Assembly: GCA_050117845.1 (NCBI GenBank)
Contig: JASFLY010000005.1
Coordinates: forward strand, 69,512-133,511
Length of the DNA stretch: 64,000 nt
Origin: Candidatus Zixiibacteriota bacterium
Lineage (GTDB): Bacteria; RBG-13-66-14; B26-G2; WVWN01
Direction of reading: 5' to 3'
In this document: in pieces, positions 48,594 through 58,310 of the stretch
Layout: each line of letters begins with the position of its first letter
Position numbering within the stretch: the first letter of the stretch is position 1
Program-made: the position numbers and the translations under genes
Notes under the pieces: generated by a model
Database searches by the model: none
Seen by the model: only the letters and a program-made list of their open reading frames with translations
Told to the model about the DNA's origin: nothing

Positions 48594-49328
48594 TTAACCG
48601 AACTCGACGTAGAATTCGGTCGTGGTTTTTATCAGCTTCTGCAGGGCCGCGCCGCGCGCGTCGCGGTCCGACGCTTCGGCGAATTCCTCGACGCCGTCGT
48701 AAACCTTATCCTTCAGGTCGTCGAATTGGTCCTCCCGGCCGCTGGCCGAGGCGGGCATGGTCGAGCCGAAGAAGTTCTTCTGGGCCTCGCGCATGTTCGG
48801 CATGATGTGCTTCATGTCGTTGAAGCGCTTCTCGCTGAACGCGAGGTCCATCTCGTCGGCGATGACCAGGAGTCGTACGGCCTCGTCGCCGGCGGTATTG
48901 ATGTTATTCTTCTCGTGGAGTTCGAGCAGCAGTTTCTGGGCCTCGAGGATGCTGGATTCGGCCTCGATGAACTTCTCGGCCTCGGCCTGCGTCCCGACGT
49001 CGCCCATTATCTTCGTGAGGCTGGTTATGCGGTTCGCCCAGTCGTTGTCGCCCTCGAATTCCTCCGGCGGGTCGGTGGGCCAGCCGGCCTTGACTTCGCC
49101 CATCGCCGTCTCCGCCGCTTTCGCGGCCTCGGCGGCTTTGGCCTTGTCGGGCGTCAGCGAGACGAACCGGATGGCTTCGCGGAAGTTGGCGACGCCCTCG
49201 TCGAACTTGGCGATGTCGCCGCCGCTCGGCGCTTCGGACGTGCCGGCCTCTTCCGTCTTTTTCTTGCCGCAGCCGAACGCGAACGCCAGTACGGCAATAA
49301 GCGCGAGGCATAGCGTTAACTTCTTCAT
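48594..49328 (-). CDS. Hypothetical helical lipoprotein
   Basis: RBS AGGAGG, lipobox 'FGC'. Confidence 0.7.
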   Translation of the reverse strand: MKKLTLCLALIAVLAFAFGCGKKKTEEAGTSEAPSGGDIAKFDEGVANFREAIRFVSLTPDKAKAAEAAKAAETAMGEVKAGWPTDPPEEFEGDNDWANRITSLTKIMGDVGTQAEAEKFIEAESSILEAQKLLLELHEKNNINTAGDEAVRLLVIADEMDLAFSEKRFNDMKHIMPNMREAQKNFFGSTMPASASGREDQFDDLKDKVYDGVEEFAEASDRDARGAALQKLIKTTTEFYVEFG

Positions 49329-49384
49329 CGTTCCTCCTAGCCGATCTTATAACTTATTATATAAATGCTTATTTTTCAGGAAAT

Positions 49385-50530
49385 TTAACACCTGGCGGCC
49401 GGACTGTCAAGGAAATCGTATATCCGCTCCGCGGCGGCCTCGGCCGTGACGCCCGTCAGGCAGCGCCGGTGGTCGCAATCCGGGAAGAAACCGTCTTTAT
49501 AACAGGGCCGACACGCGACTTCGGCCGAGAGCACGAGCGAGCGCGTGGCCCAGGGGCCGTTCAGGCCCTCGTCGGTGGGGCCGAAGAAAGCCACGGTGGG
49601 GAGGCCCGCCGCCGCCGCCAGGTGCATCGGCGCCGAGTCGTTGCCCACGAACGCGGCCGCCCGCGTCATCAACGCGTAGAGCGCCGGCAGCGACGTCTTC
49701 CCCGCCAGATCGACGACGCCCGCCTCCGCCGCCATGAGTGCCGTCAGCGCCGCGTCGTCCGGGCCGCCGACGAGAATCACGTTGAAATCTTTTTTCATTA
49801 TTTTAATTAGGCCGCAAAAGTTTTCTACCGGCCAGCGCTTGAGTTCCATCCGCGTCTTGGCGTTGACGCCGCCCCCCGGGGCCACCAGGACGACGGGCCG
49901 TCCGTCCCCGGGCCAATTCGCCGTCAGGTGCTCGGCCTCCCGCGTCGCCTCCTCGCCCGGTTCGACCAGCATCCGCCCCGGCTCGCCCGCGGCCCCGCAG
50001 GCCCGCGCCAGCGCGAAGTACTCCTCCACCTGATGAACCTTCTCCGGCGGCGGCACGCGAACCGTGTGGCCGAAGCCGTCGCCGTCCCGGTCCAGGCCGA
50101 CGCGGTAGGGGATGCCGGTCCAGGCCGCGAAGGCCGAGAATTCCCAGGAGTGATGAAATACCACTGCCAGGTCGAAACCGCCGGCCGCGACGCGTTTCCT
50201 TAGGCCCCGGAGACGCCCCCACCTCTTGCGCACGAATATCTCCTCGGGGACCGTCCACACGTCGTCGAAGAACGGCGCCGAGGCCGCGAGCGGCGCCGCG
50301 GCGACGCCCGTAAGAAGCGTTATGCGCGCCCCGGGATAAACGGCGCGCAGGGCCGCGAACGCGGGAGTACCCATTAGATATTCGCCGACGGCCCAGAGTT
50401 TAATTATTACGATATTTCGGATTTCTTCGGGGGCGGAAAGGGGGGCCGGCCGGGGGTGGAGCCATACCCTGGCCGCCGTAACGGCGGCGGCCCGTAGTGC
50501 CCTCTTGAAGATGTTGCGTCGCTTGGCCAC
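49385..50530 (-). CDS. Glycosyltransferase family 9 (heptosyltransferase-like)
   Basis: 'KRWP', 'DLAGKTSL', 'GNDSAPMHLAAA', 'FGPT'. Confidence 0.9.
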   Translation of the reverse strand: MAKRRNIFKRALRAAAVTAARVWLHPRPAPLSAPEEIRNIVIIKLWAVGEYLMGTPAFAALRAVYPGARITLLTGVAAAPLAASAPFFDDVWTVPEEIFVRKRWGRLRGLRKRVAAGGFDLAVVFHHSWEFSAFAAWTGIPYRVGLDRDGDGFGHTVRVPPPEKVHQVEEYFALARACGAAGEPGRMLVEPGEEATREAEHLTANWPGDGRPVVLVAPGGGVNAKTRMELKRWPVENFCGLIKIMKKDFNVILVGGPDDAALTALMAAEAGVVDLAGKTSLPALYALMTRAAAFVGNDSAPMHLAAAAGLPTVAFFGPTDEGLNGPWATRSLVLSAEVACRPCYKDGFFPDCDHRRCLTGVTAEAAAERIYDFLDSPAARC

Positions 50531-50552
50531 GGTGTCCGGCCTCGGGCCGGCG

Positions 50553-51977
50553 TTAACGCGCCTCCCGGAAACGGCGGAGCACGGCCCCCCGGCGCTCGTC
50601 GGCCGCTTCGAAATACGTGTGGAGTACCGGCTCGAGGTCTTTCGGCGTGTCCAGCGCGTCGAGCGCGACCCCGGCGTCGCCGCGTTTCAGGACCTCGGCC
50701 GTCTCCTCGTAGGTCATCATGTGGTAACGTCGCCGCCCTGCCGCGTCCATCCGTACGCCGATGCGATGGGTGAAGTAGCCGAGTTCCCATCCGGCGATGA
50801 CGCGACGGTGGGCCAACGCGGCGTATCCCGGCCACGCGGTGAAGACGACCTCATCCGGCTCGCTGTGTTCGGCTAAAAGCGCCGCGGCGGCGTAAACCTC
50901 GGCCGGCCCGACGAGTTCCTTGTGGGCCCGGTCGAGCGCTATCTTGGCGGCGGGGCGCATCACGCCCAGGAACGCCGCGGCCGTCACCAGGACCGCGGCG
51001 GCGTCGCGGCGCCGTTGCCAGAGCCACTCGGCGCCCACGGCGGCGGCCGGCGCGAGGACCGCGACCATGGGGACGAAGTATTGCAGTTGGGCGGTCCCGG
51101 GCGCGAGGTTGGCGACGAGGAGGAACGCCCCCGCGGCGAAGGGAAAGGCGAGGGCGCGGCGATGCCGGCTGCCCAAAGCCAGCGCCGCCGCGAAGATGAG
51201 TATGGCCGGGTCGGGAGGTGTTAACAGGCCGCGTATCGCCGCCCCCCGGCCGGCGGCGCCGTCGCCGATGAAGAGTTCGTGGATTCCCCAGACGTTGAAG
51301 GCGAAGGCGTCCCCCGTGGCCGCGCGGAAGTAGATGACCACCGGCGCTACGGCCAGGAAGCCGAGGCACAGCGCGCCCACGCGGCCCAACCGGCCGCCGA
51401 ACCCCGAGGCCGAGTTGAACCACAGGCCGAAGGCCGCCGCCGCGACCGTTACCAGGAGCGGCAAACGCGCCAGCGTGGCCAGGCCGAGCAGGAGGCCAAC
51501 CACGGCGGCGCGGCCGTAGCCGATGCCCTCCCGGCGGCCGGGCCATATCCAGACCGCCGCCGCGAGCGCCAGCGCCGTCACCGCCGGCGCGTACGCCTTG
51601 ACCGGGACGAGCCACGTGAGCGTGAGCGACGACGATAGGTAGAAGACGGTCGTAAGGAACCCGGCGGTGGGGCCGAAACGCCGGTACGCCGCGAGGCCCA
51701 AAGCGCCGGCGCCCAACAGGAAGAGCGCGACGTTAAGGGCCCGCAGGCCGTAGAGCGAGGGTCCCATAATACCCGCCGCCCCGGCGTAGTACATCGGCGC
51801 CAGCGGGAGGTGGGGCAGGGCGAAATCCCGGTAGGGGAGTTCCCCTTCGGCGAAGCGCCACGACGTATAGATCCAGAAGCCCTCGTCGCGGTCCACGGGC
51901 CGGTTCCATATTTGGAGTACCGCCACCGCGACGAGTATTAAAAGTATTAATGCCAGAGCTGTTTTTCGAGTAGTCAT
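50553..51977 (-). CDS. GT-C membrane glycosyltransferase (ArnT/GT39-like)
   Basis: 'DRDEG', 'LPYRDF..PH.P', many TM segments. Confidence 0.7.
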   Translation of the reverse strand: MTTRKTALALILLILVAVAVLQIWNRPVDRDEGFWIYTSWRFAEGELPYRDFALPHLPLAPMYYAGAAGIMGPSLYGLRALNVALFLLGAGALGLAAYRRFGPTAGFLTTVFYLSSSLTLTWLVPVKAYAPAVTALALAAAVWIWPGRREGIGYGRAAVVGLLLGLATLARLPLLVTVAAAAFGLWFNSASGFGGRLGRVGALCLGFLAVAPVVIYFRAATGDAFAFNVWGIHELFIGDGAAGRGAAIRGLLTPPDPAILIFAAALALGSRHRRALAFPFAAGAFLLVANLAPGTAQLQYFVPMVAVLAPAAAVGAEWLWQRRRDAAAVLVTAAAFLGVMRPAAKIALDRAHKELVGPAEVYAAAALLAEHSEPDEVVFTAWPGYAALAHRRVIAGWELGYFTHRIGVRMDAAGRRRYHMMTYEETAEVLKRGDAGVALDALDTPKDLEPVLHTYFEAADERRGAVLRRFREAR

Positions 51978-52053
51978 AATGAGCGTCCCGGATATTCCGA
52001 CATAATAATATACCGCGCCGAGGCCGTCAAGCGACCCCCCCCCCAATAATGGG

Positions 52054-52542
52054 AAACGGCGGCCTTATTATTATCTCCCCCGAAGCGGCGGCCTTTATGG
52101 CCGCCGGGAATTAAGCTTATTACCGGCAGTAATTGGGGGGCGTAGGGCCGTACCTTCAGGTGCGGCCACCATGCCGCCGGTTAAAACCGGCGGTTAACGC
52201 TTTCGCGAGTGAAGTACCGGCCGCTAAAGCGGCCGGTTTCGATCTATCCGTGCAGGCCGACCTAAAGTGAATTAATCCGCCGACAGGAATGTCGGCGCCA
52301 CCTTTAGGGCCGGCTTCGCGGGTGCCGTCAGGTGTTACCACCTGACGGCGCTTATTGTCCCCGTTAACGCATCCCGGCCGGCATAAAGCCGGCCGCTCCC
52401 CCTCCCCATGAAAAGAAGCGGCGGCCTTTATGGCCGCCGATGTCGTTACGCGTTACTTCTATCGATGGGGGGAATTAATCCGCCGACAGGAATGTCGGCG
52501 CCACCGTTCCCGTATTACGGCCGGCATAAAGCCGGCCGCTTC
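52054..52542. repeat. Mosaic cluster of REP-like palindromes (BIME-like)
   Basis: Repeated GAAGCGGCGGCCTTTATGGCCGCC, CGGCCGGCATAAAGCCGGCCGCT, CCGCCGACAGGAATGTCGGCGCCACC and GTAGGGCCGTACCTTCAGGTGCGGCC. Confidence 0.85.
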
Positions 52543-52618
52543 TCCTCATTAACCCCCCGCGAAATCGTTTGCGCCCCGGCCTTCGATTTGATATATTGTT
52601 TCGATTCGGGAACTTGCC

Positions 52619-54061
52619 ATGTTCGAGCGCCTGTTCCACATAAAAGAAAGAAATACCACCGTCCGCCGGGAGCTGCTGGGCGGCGTCGTCACTTTTATGA
52701 CGATGTCGTACATCATTTTCGTCAACCCCGCCATACTCAGCGCGGCCGGCATGGACTTCAGCGGGGCCCTGGTGGCGACCTGCATCGCCGCGGCCACGGG
52801 GACGCTCATCATGGGCTTGCTCGCGAATTATCCCATCGCGCAGGCGCCCGGGATGGGCCTCAACGCCTACTTCGCCTATACCGTCGTCATGGTCATGGGG
52901 GTCCCGTGGCAGACCGCCCTCGGCGCCGTCTTCATCTCCGGCCTTATCTTCCTGTTGCTTACGTTGTTGCGCGTCCGCTCGCTCATCGTGGACGCGTTGC
53001 CGACGGCGGTGCGCAAGGCCATAGCCGCCGGCATCGGCCTCTTCATCGCCTTCATCGGCCTCGAGAAGGCCGGCTTCATCAAACTCAACCAGGCGACCTT
53101 CCTCTCGCTCGGCGACATCACGCACCCCGCGGCGATCCTTGCGGTCTTCGGCCTTATAGTCACCGCCGTCATGCTCGCGCTGAAGTGGCGCGGGGCCCTG
53201 CTTTACGGGATGCTCCTCACCGGGGCGGCCGCGGTAATCTTCGGGCACGTGGACTATACCGGCCTGATAACGGCGCCGGAGGGCGTGGCGGCAGTGTTCG
53301 TCGGGCCGCTCCATCACCTGGTGGAGGTGGGGCCGTTACCCACGCCGACGCTGTTCCTCCAGATGGACGTCGTCGGCGCGCTCAAGCTGGGCCTTTTGAA
53401 CGTTATATTCGTCTTCCTCTTTATAGATATGTTCGACACGCTCGGGACCTTCCTCGGCGTGGCCCAGCACGGCAAGTTTCTTGACGACAAGGGTAAGATG
53501 CCCCGCATCAACCGGGCCCTCGTCTCCGACGGCATCGCGACGTCGGTGGGCGCGGCCTTCGGCACGTCGACGACCACGTCCTACATCGAGTCGGCCGCCG
53601 GCATCGCGGCGGGCGCCCGGACCGGCCTCGCCAACATCGTGACGGCGGCGCTCTTTCTGGTGGCGCCGCTCTTCCTGCCGCTCGCGAAGATGATCGGCGG
53701 CGGCATCATGGTGACGCAGACGATGCCGCTCGACGGGACGCTGAACGGCGCCGCCATCGGCGGCATGTTCGAGATGAACCGCGTCCTCCAGCCCATCACG
53801 GCCCCGGCGCTCATCATCGTCGGCTCCTTCATGCTCACGGGCCTCCGCGACATCGACTGGGGCGACCCGGTGGAGGCGATACCGGCCTTCCTGACGCTCA
53901 TCGCCATCCCGCTCACGTTCTCCATCGCGAACGGCATAACGCTGGGCTTCATCTCGTATCCCATAGTAATGGTTTGCGCCGGCCGCTGGCGGAAAGTCAG
54001 CCCCCTGGCGTACGTGCTGGCCGCCCTTTTCGTGGCGCGTTTGATTTTCCTGGCGGCCTAG
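52619..54061 (+). CDS. NCS2/AzgA-family purine permease
   Basis: 'FMTMSYIIFVNP', 'APGMGLNAYF', 'DMFDT.GT', 'TSYIESAAG...GARTG'. Confidence 0.93.
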   Translation: MFERLFHIKERNTTVRRELLGGVVTFMTMSYIIFVNPAILSAAGMDFSGALVATCIAAATGTLIMGLLANYPIAQAPGMGLNAYFAYTVVMVMGVPWQTALGAVFISGLIFLLLTLLRVRSLIVDALPTAVRKAIAAGIGLFIAFIGLEKAGFIKLNQATFLSLGDITHPAAILAVFGLIVTAVMLALKWRGALLYGMLLTGAAAVIFGHVDYTGLITAPEGVAAVFVGPLHHLVEVGPLPTPTLFLQMDVVGALKLGLLNVIFVFLFIDMFDTLGTFLGVAQHGKFLDDKGKMPRINRALVSDGIATSVGAAFGTSTTTSYIESAAGIAAGARTGLANIVTAALFLVAPLFLPLAKMIGGGIMVTQTMPLDGTLNGAAIGGMFEMNRVLQPITAPALIIVGSFMLTGLRDIDWGDPVEAIPAFLTLIAIPLTFSIANGITLGFISYPIVMVCAGRWRKVSPLAYVLAALFVARLIFLAA

Positions 54062-54073
54062 ACGAGGATTATT

Positions 54074-56047
54074 TTGAATAACGACAACGACGCCAAAGCC
54101 AACCGAGAACGCCTCTACGTCGCCGCGGCGGCCGCGCTGGCGGCGTTCGTAATTTACGCCAAGACCCTCTGCGGCGACATCTACTGGCAGGACTCCGGCC
54201 TCTTCAACCGCTCGGTGGGCCTGTTGGGCAGCGGCGTTCCGCCCGGCTTCCCGAGCTGGCACCTGGCCTGCTACCTCTTCTCGATGGCGCCGGGCATGAA
54301 CGCCATCGTGGGGATGAACCTCTTCTCGGCGGTGGCCGGGGCCGCGACGGCCTTCTTCATCGTCCTCCTGGTATACGAACTAGTCAAGCCGGGGCCCGCA
54401 GCGGCGGTGGGGGCGGCGGCCGCGGCGCTCGTCTATTCCGTGGGGCCGACGGTCTGGCTGCAATCCACGACCTGCGAAGTCTACACCATGAACATGGCGT
54501 TGACGGCGGCGACCATGTTCGCGCTCTACGTCTGGCGGCGCCGCGCCGACGGCCGGTGGCTCTACCTGGCGGCCTTCATCTACGGCGTCGCCTGCGCCAA
54601 TCACCCCCAGCAGGCGGTGATGCTTATACCGTACGGCGTCTTCGTCCTGGCGTCCCGGCGTCAGGCCGGCCTGCGCCTCGGCCACGTCGCGCCGACGCTG
54701 GGCCTGTGGTTCTTGGCGATGTCCATTTACCTCTATCTGCCGATTCGTTCGGCGACGGGCGTCGCGGAGAACTGGGGCGAGCCGAGCACGCTCTACGGCC
54801 TGTACTTCCACCTGACGTGCAAGGAATTCCAGAGCCAGATGTTCAGCTCGCCGTGGCCCGTGGTGGCGTGGCGCACGAAGACGGCGGCCTGGCTCTATTT
54901 CGACCAGTTCTGGTGGATAGGCATGGGCGCGGCGCTGGTCGGGGCGGTTCGGCTGGCGTGGCGGCGCCGCGGCGAGTTCGTCTACTTCGCGCTCATCGCC
55001 TTCTGTACGCTTATCCTGACGGTGAACTACCCGTCCTTCGGCTTCCGGGCCTGGTACTTCCCGTTCTACATGCTGACGGCGATATGCATCGGCGTGGCGG
55101 TGTGCTGGGTGGGCCGCGCCCTGGCCGGTTGGAAAAAACCGGCCGCGTACGTGTTCTGGGTGCTGGCCGGCCTCGTGGCCCTTTTCCCGGTGGCCTCCCG
55201 ATTCTACCAGGCGGACCGGAACTATTATCCGTACGTCCGTGACTTCTCGGGGAACTATATGCGCGCCGTCGGGTACAGGGACTTCTTCTTTTTGGGAGAG
55301 GAGAACTCCTCGCCCACGACGGGCCTCCAGGCTATGACGACGCTGGAGTACGCCCGGCCCGATATTTTTTACGTGGACATAACCGGAAACGAGAATTACT
55401 TCAACGTCTTCGACTTCAGCGGGAAGGACCTGACGCACGCGCCCGAGGAGGAGATCGTCGAGGCTTATTACCGGGTGATGGCCGAGGTGGTTACGGACCC
55501 GAGCCACGATTATTACTTCCTGTCCCCCCTCGTTTTTTATCAGAGATGGGGCTACGATTTCGCGCACGACGGCGCAACATACCGGTTGGTACCTCCCGGA
55601 GAGAGCCGCGTCGGCGTTCCCGTCATGGACCGGTACGTGCTGCGCGGCCTCGACCCCCCAAGCACTTACCTCGACCACTGGGGCTGTAGCACCATGGGGA
55701 ATTTCATCCATCGGTTGTCCGAACTCTACGAGGGCTACGACGACGACCGGGCGAGAGAGATGTTCGACCTGGCCGAGCGCATAGGCCGGCGCTCCCACTC
55801 CACCCAACACAACCTCGCTACGACCTATTACCTGGCGGGGGATTACGTCGGGGCGTTGCCGTATCTGGAGCGGGCGGCCGTCCTCGACCCCACGGCGCGC
55901 ATGACCCGGTACCTGCTCGCCGACTGCTACCACCGGCTGGGCCGGGAGGACGAGGCCCGGGAACAGCTCCGGGAGACCTTGCGCTATAACCCGGACGACG
56001 AAGTGGCGTCGTACACCCTCGAGACCGGCGTTTATTTAAAGTGGTAA
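54074..56047 (+). CDS. DUF2723 (TMEM260-like) GT-C protein with C-terminal TPR
   Basis: 'YWQDSG', 'PPGFP', 'EVYT', 'YLYLPIRS', TPR tail. Confidence 0.8.
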   Translation: MNNDNDAKANRERLYVAAAAALAAFVIYAKTLCGDIYWQDSGLFNRSVGLLGSGVPPGFPSWHLACYLFSMAPGMNAIVGMNLFSAVAGAATAFFIVLLVYELVKPGPAAAVGAAAAALVYSVGPTVWLQSTTCEVYTMNMALTAATMFALYVWRRRADGRWLYLAAFIYGVACANHPQQAVMLIPYGVFVLASRRQAGLRLGHVAPTLGLWFLAMSIYLYLPIRSATGVAENWGEPSTLYGLYFHLTCKEFQSQMFSSPWPVVAWRTKTAAWLYFDQFWWIGMGAALVGAVRLAWRRRGEFVYFALIAFCTLILTVNYPSFGFRAWYFPFYMLTAICIGVAVCWVGRALAGWKKPAAYVFWVLAGLVALFPVASRFYQADRNYYPYVRDFSGNYMRAVGYRDFFFLGEENSSPTTGLQAMTTLEYARPDIFYVDITGNENYFNVFDFSGKDLTHAPEEEIVEAYYRVMAEVVTDPSHDYYFLSPLVFYQRWGYDFAHDGATYRLVPPGESRVGVPVMDRYVLRGLDPPSTYLDHWGCSTMGNFIHRLSELYEGYDDDRAREMFDLAERIGRRSHSTQHNLATTYYLAGDYVGALPYLERAAVLDPTARMTRYLLADCYHRLGREDEAREQLRETLRYNPDDEVASYTLETGVYLKW

Positions 56048-56856
56048 AGAAGCCTCCCAAGGGCCAGGTCTTCCTGGCCGACAACGAGGTCCTCCGGCGC
56101 ATCGCCGAGGCGGCGGCCCTGCGGCCGGAGGAAGACGTGCTGGAAATTGGGATGGGGCGAGGCCAGCTAACCCAGCACCTCGTGCGCCTTGCCCGGGAGG
56201 TCGTCGCGGTGGAACTGGAGGAACGCTTCGTCGACGGCGCCGCCGAGGACTTCGCCCGCTTCGACAACCTTACGATAGTCCACGCCAACATCCTCGACGT
56301 GTCCTGGGACGAGGTCGTCCCGGCGGGCCGCCGCGTCGTGGTCGTCGGGAACATCCCGTTCTATATAACCGGCCCCATCCTGCGTCTCCTCGCGGAGCAC
56401 CGCGCCGACATAGTGCGGTGGTCGCTTCTGATGCAGCGGGAAGTGGCCGAGCGGATATGCGCCTCGCCGGGCGACCCGGCCTACGGCGGCCTTTCGGTCA
56501 AGATGCAATTCTGGGGAGAACCCTATTACGCCCTGACCGTTCCGGCGGCCGCGTTCAGGCCGGTGCCGGCCGTGGACGCCGCGGTCGTCAATTACGTCTT
56601 TCGGGACGCCCCGGCGGTCGACGTCCCGTCGCCCGAGTACTTCGACCACTTCGTCGATTTCCTGTTCGCCGGCCGCCGCAAGAAGCTGGGCAACCGGGCC
56701 GTGACGCTCCTCGGCGGGGCGCTCGGCGCGGCGGAAGTGGCAGCGAAGCTCCGGGGCGCCGGCTTCGACCCCGACGCCCGGCCGGAACGTTTTTCCCCGG
56801 AGGAGTTCGGCGGCATTTACCGGACCCTCCGGCCCTATCTGGATTTACCCACGTAG
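56041..56856 (+). CDS. rsmA: 16S rRNA adenine dimethyltransferase
   Basis: 'GQVFL', 'VLEIGMGRG', 'GNIPFYIT', 'MQREVAER', 'RRKKL'. Confidence 0.92.
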   Translation: MVKKPPKGQVFLADNEVLRRIAEAAALRPEEDVLEIGMGRGQLTQHLVRLAREVVAVELEERFVDGAAEDFARFDNLTIVHANILDVSWDEVVPAGRRVVVVGNIPFYITGPILRLLAEHRADIVRWSLLMQREVAERICASPGDPAYGGLSVKMQFWGEPYYALTVPAAAFRPVPAVDAAVVNYVFRDAPAVDVPSPEYFDHFVDFLFAGRRKKLGNRAVTLLGGALGAAEVAAKLRGAGFDPDARPERFSPEEFGGIYRTLRPYLDLPT

Positions 56857-56866
56857 GCGGTAAGCT

Positions 56867-57946
56867 ATGACGACGTCGAAAAGGGCTATACTGATAATGG
56901 CCGGCGGCCGCGGGACGCGCTTGTGGCCGCTGTCCCGCCGCGACCGGCCCAAGCAATTCCTCTCTCTCGTCACCGACCGATCCCTCATCGAGGACACGTA
57001 TGGCCGCGTCGCCCCGCTGGTCGACTCCGCCCATGTATACGTCGTGGCGGAGGAGGACATCCTTCTGGCCGCCCGGCCGCTCCTGCCCGACGTGCCGCTG
57101 GCCAACTTCGTCGCCGAGCCGCGCCCCCGGAACACCTGGCCCTGCTGCGTCCTCGGGACCCTCGAGATAGCCGACCGGCTGGGGCCGAAGACGAGCATCC
57201 TCGTTCTCCCCGCCGACCACGCCGTCGAGGACGACGCGGCCTTCCGGGCGTTCCTCGCCGAGGGCTTCGAGCGGGCCGAGGCGGGGGCGGTCGTCACCTT
57301 CGGGATAAAGCCCGTCCGCCCCGAGACCGGCTACGGCTACATCCGCTGCGGCGACGTCCTGGCCGAGGGCCGGGGGGCCGTGCGCGCCGGCCTGTCGTTT
57401 CGGGAGAAGCCTGACGAGGCCACGGCCCGGGAATACGTCGCCTCCGGCGATTACCTCTGGAACGCCGGGATATTCATGTGGCGGGCGGACCGTTTCCTGG
57501 AGTTGGCGGAGGAGTGCTACCCGGAGCAGTACGACGTAGTTAAAAAAATGAAGAGGCCGCTCTCAGCCGGCGAGCGAGGCCGCGTCGCCGAGTTGTACGA
57601 GAAGCTCGAGGCCACATCCGTGGACTACGCCTTCATGGAACGCATCCCCGCCTTCGAGGTCGTCGCCACCGATTGCGGCTGGGACGACATCGGTTCCTTC
57701 GACGCGCTGGAACGCGTCCTTCCCCGGGACGAGTGCGGCAACATCCGCCGCGGCGACGTCCGGCAGGTGGGCGGCGAGGGCAACATCGTCGTGGCCGCCG
57801 GAGGCAAGCCGGTGGTAATATTCGGCGTGAACGACACCGTCGTCGTGGACGCCGGCGACGTCGTCCTCATTTACCCCAAGGGCGCGGGGCAGGGGGTCCG
57901 CGAAGTAGTGGATTTGATGGAGAAGGAAAAACCCGACTTGCTTTAG
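56867..57946 (+). CDS. manC: Mannose-1-phosphate guanylyltransferase
   Basis: 'MAGGRGTRLWPLSR..PKQF', 'PADH', 'ETGYGYI', 'EKP', 'WNAG', 'WDDIG'. Confidence 0.92.
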   Translation: MTTSKRAILIMAGGRGTRLWPLSRRDRPKQFLSLVTDRSLIEDTYGRVAPLVDSAHVYVVAEEDILLAARPLLPDVPLANFVAEPRPRNTWPCCVLGTLEIADRLGPKTSILVLPADHAVEDDAAFRAFLAEGFERAEAGAVVTFGIKPVRPETGYGYIRCGDVLAEGRGAVRAGLSFREKPDEATAREYVASGDYLWNAGIFMWRADRFLELAEECYPEQYDVVKKMKRPLSAGERGRVAELYEKLEATSVDYAFMERIPAFEVVATDCGWDDIGSFDALERVLPRDECGNIRRGDVRQVGGEGNIVVAAGGKPVVIFGVNDTVVVDAGDVVLIYPKGAGQGVREVVDLMEKEKPDLL

Positions 57947-57953
57947 TTATAGA

Positions 57954-58282
57954 GAAGCGGCGGCCTTCACGTCCGCCGATGTCATCACCCCCCGCAGAAG
58001 CGGCGGCCTTTACGGCCGCCGACCATGCCGCCGGTTAAAACCGGCGGTTAACGCTTTCGCGAGTGAAGTACCGGCCGCGAAAGCGGCCGGTTTCGATACG
58101 CGTTTTTCGTAGGGCCGTACCTTCAGGTGCGGCCACTTTTAATCTTTTATCAATGAGTGAATTTTAAAACCGCCGACACGAATGTCGGCGCCACCTTTAA
58201 CGCGATACGGCCGGCATAAAGCCGGCCGCTCCATAAGTTATTGATATTATTTCATAAGAAACGGCGGCCTTTATGGCCGCCG
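57954..58282. repeat. Second REP/BIME-like mosaic cluster
   Basis: Same unit types as the 52 kb cluster; 76-bp block 58022-58097 matches 52168-52243 with 1 mismatch. Confidence 0.85.
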
Positions 58283-58310
58283 ACGTCGTCTCCGCTTCGG
58301 GGATTATTTA

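Noticed and set aside
52054..52542. CRISPR array
   Set aside because: Repeats are of several types and orientations with irregular spacing, and no cas genes are present; REP mosaics fit better.
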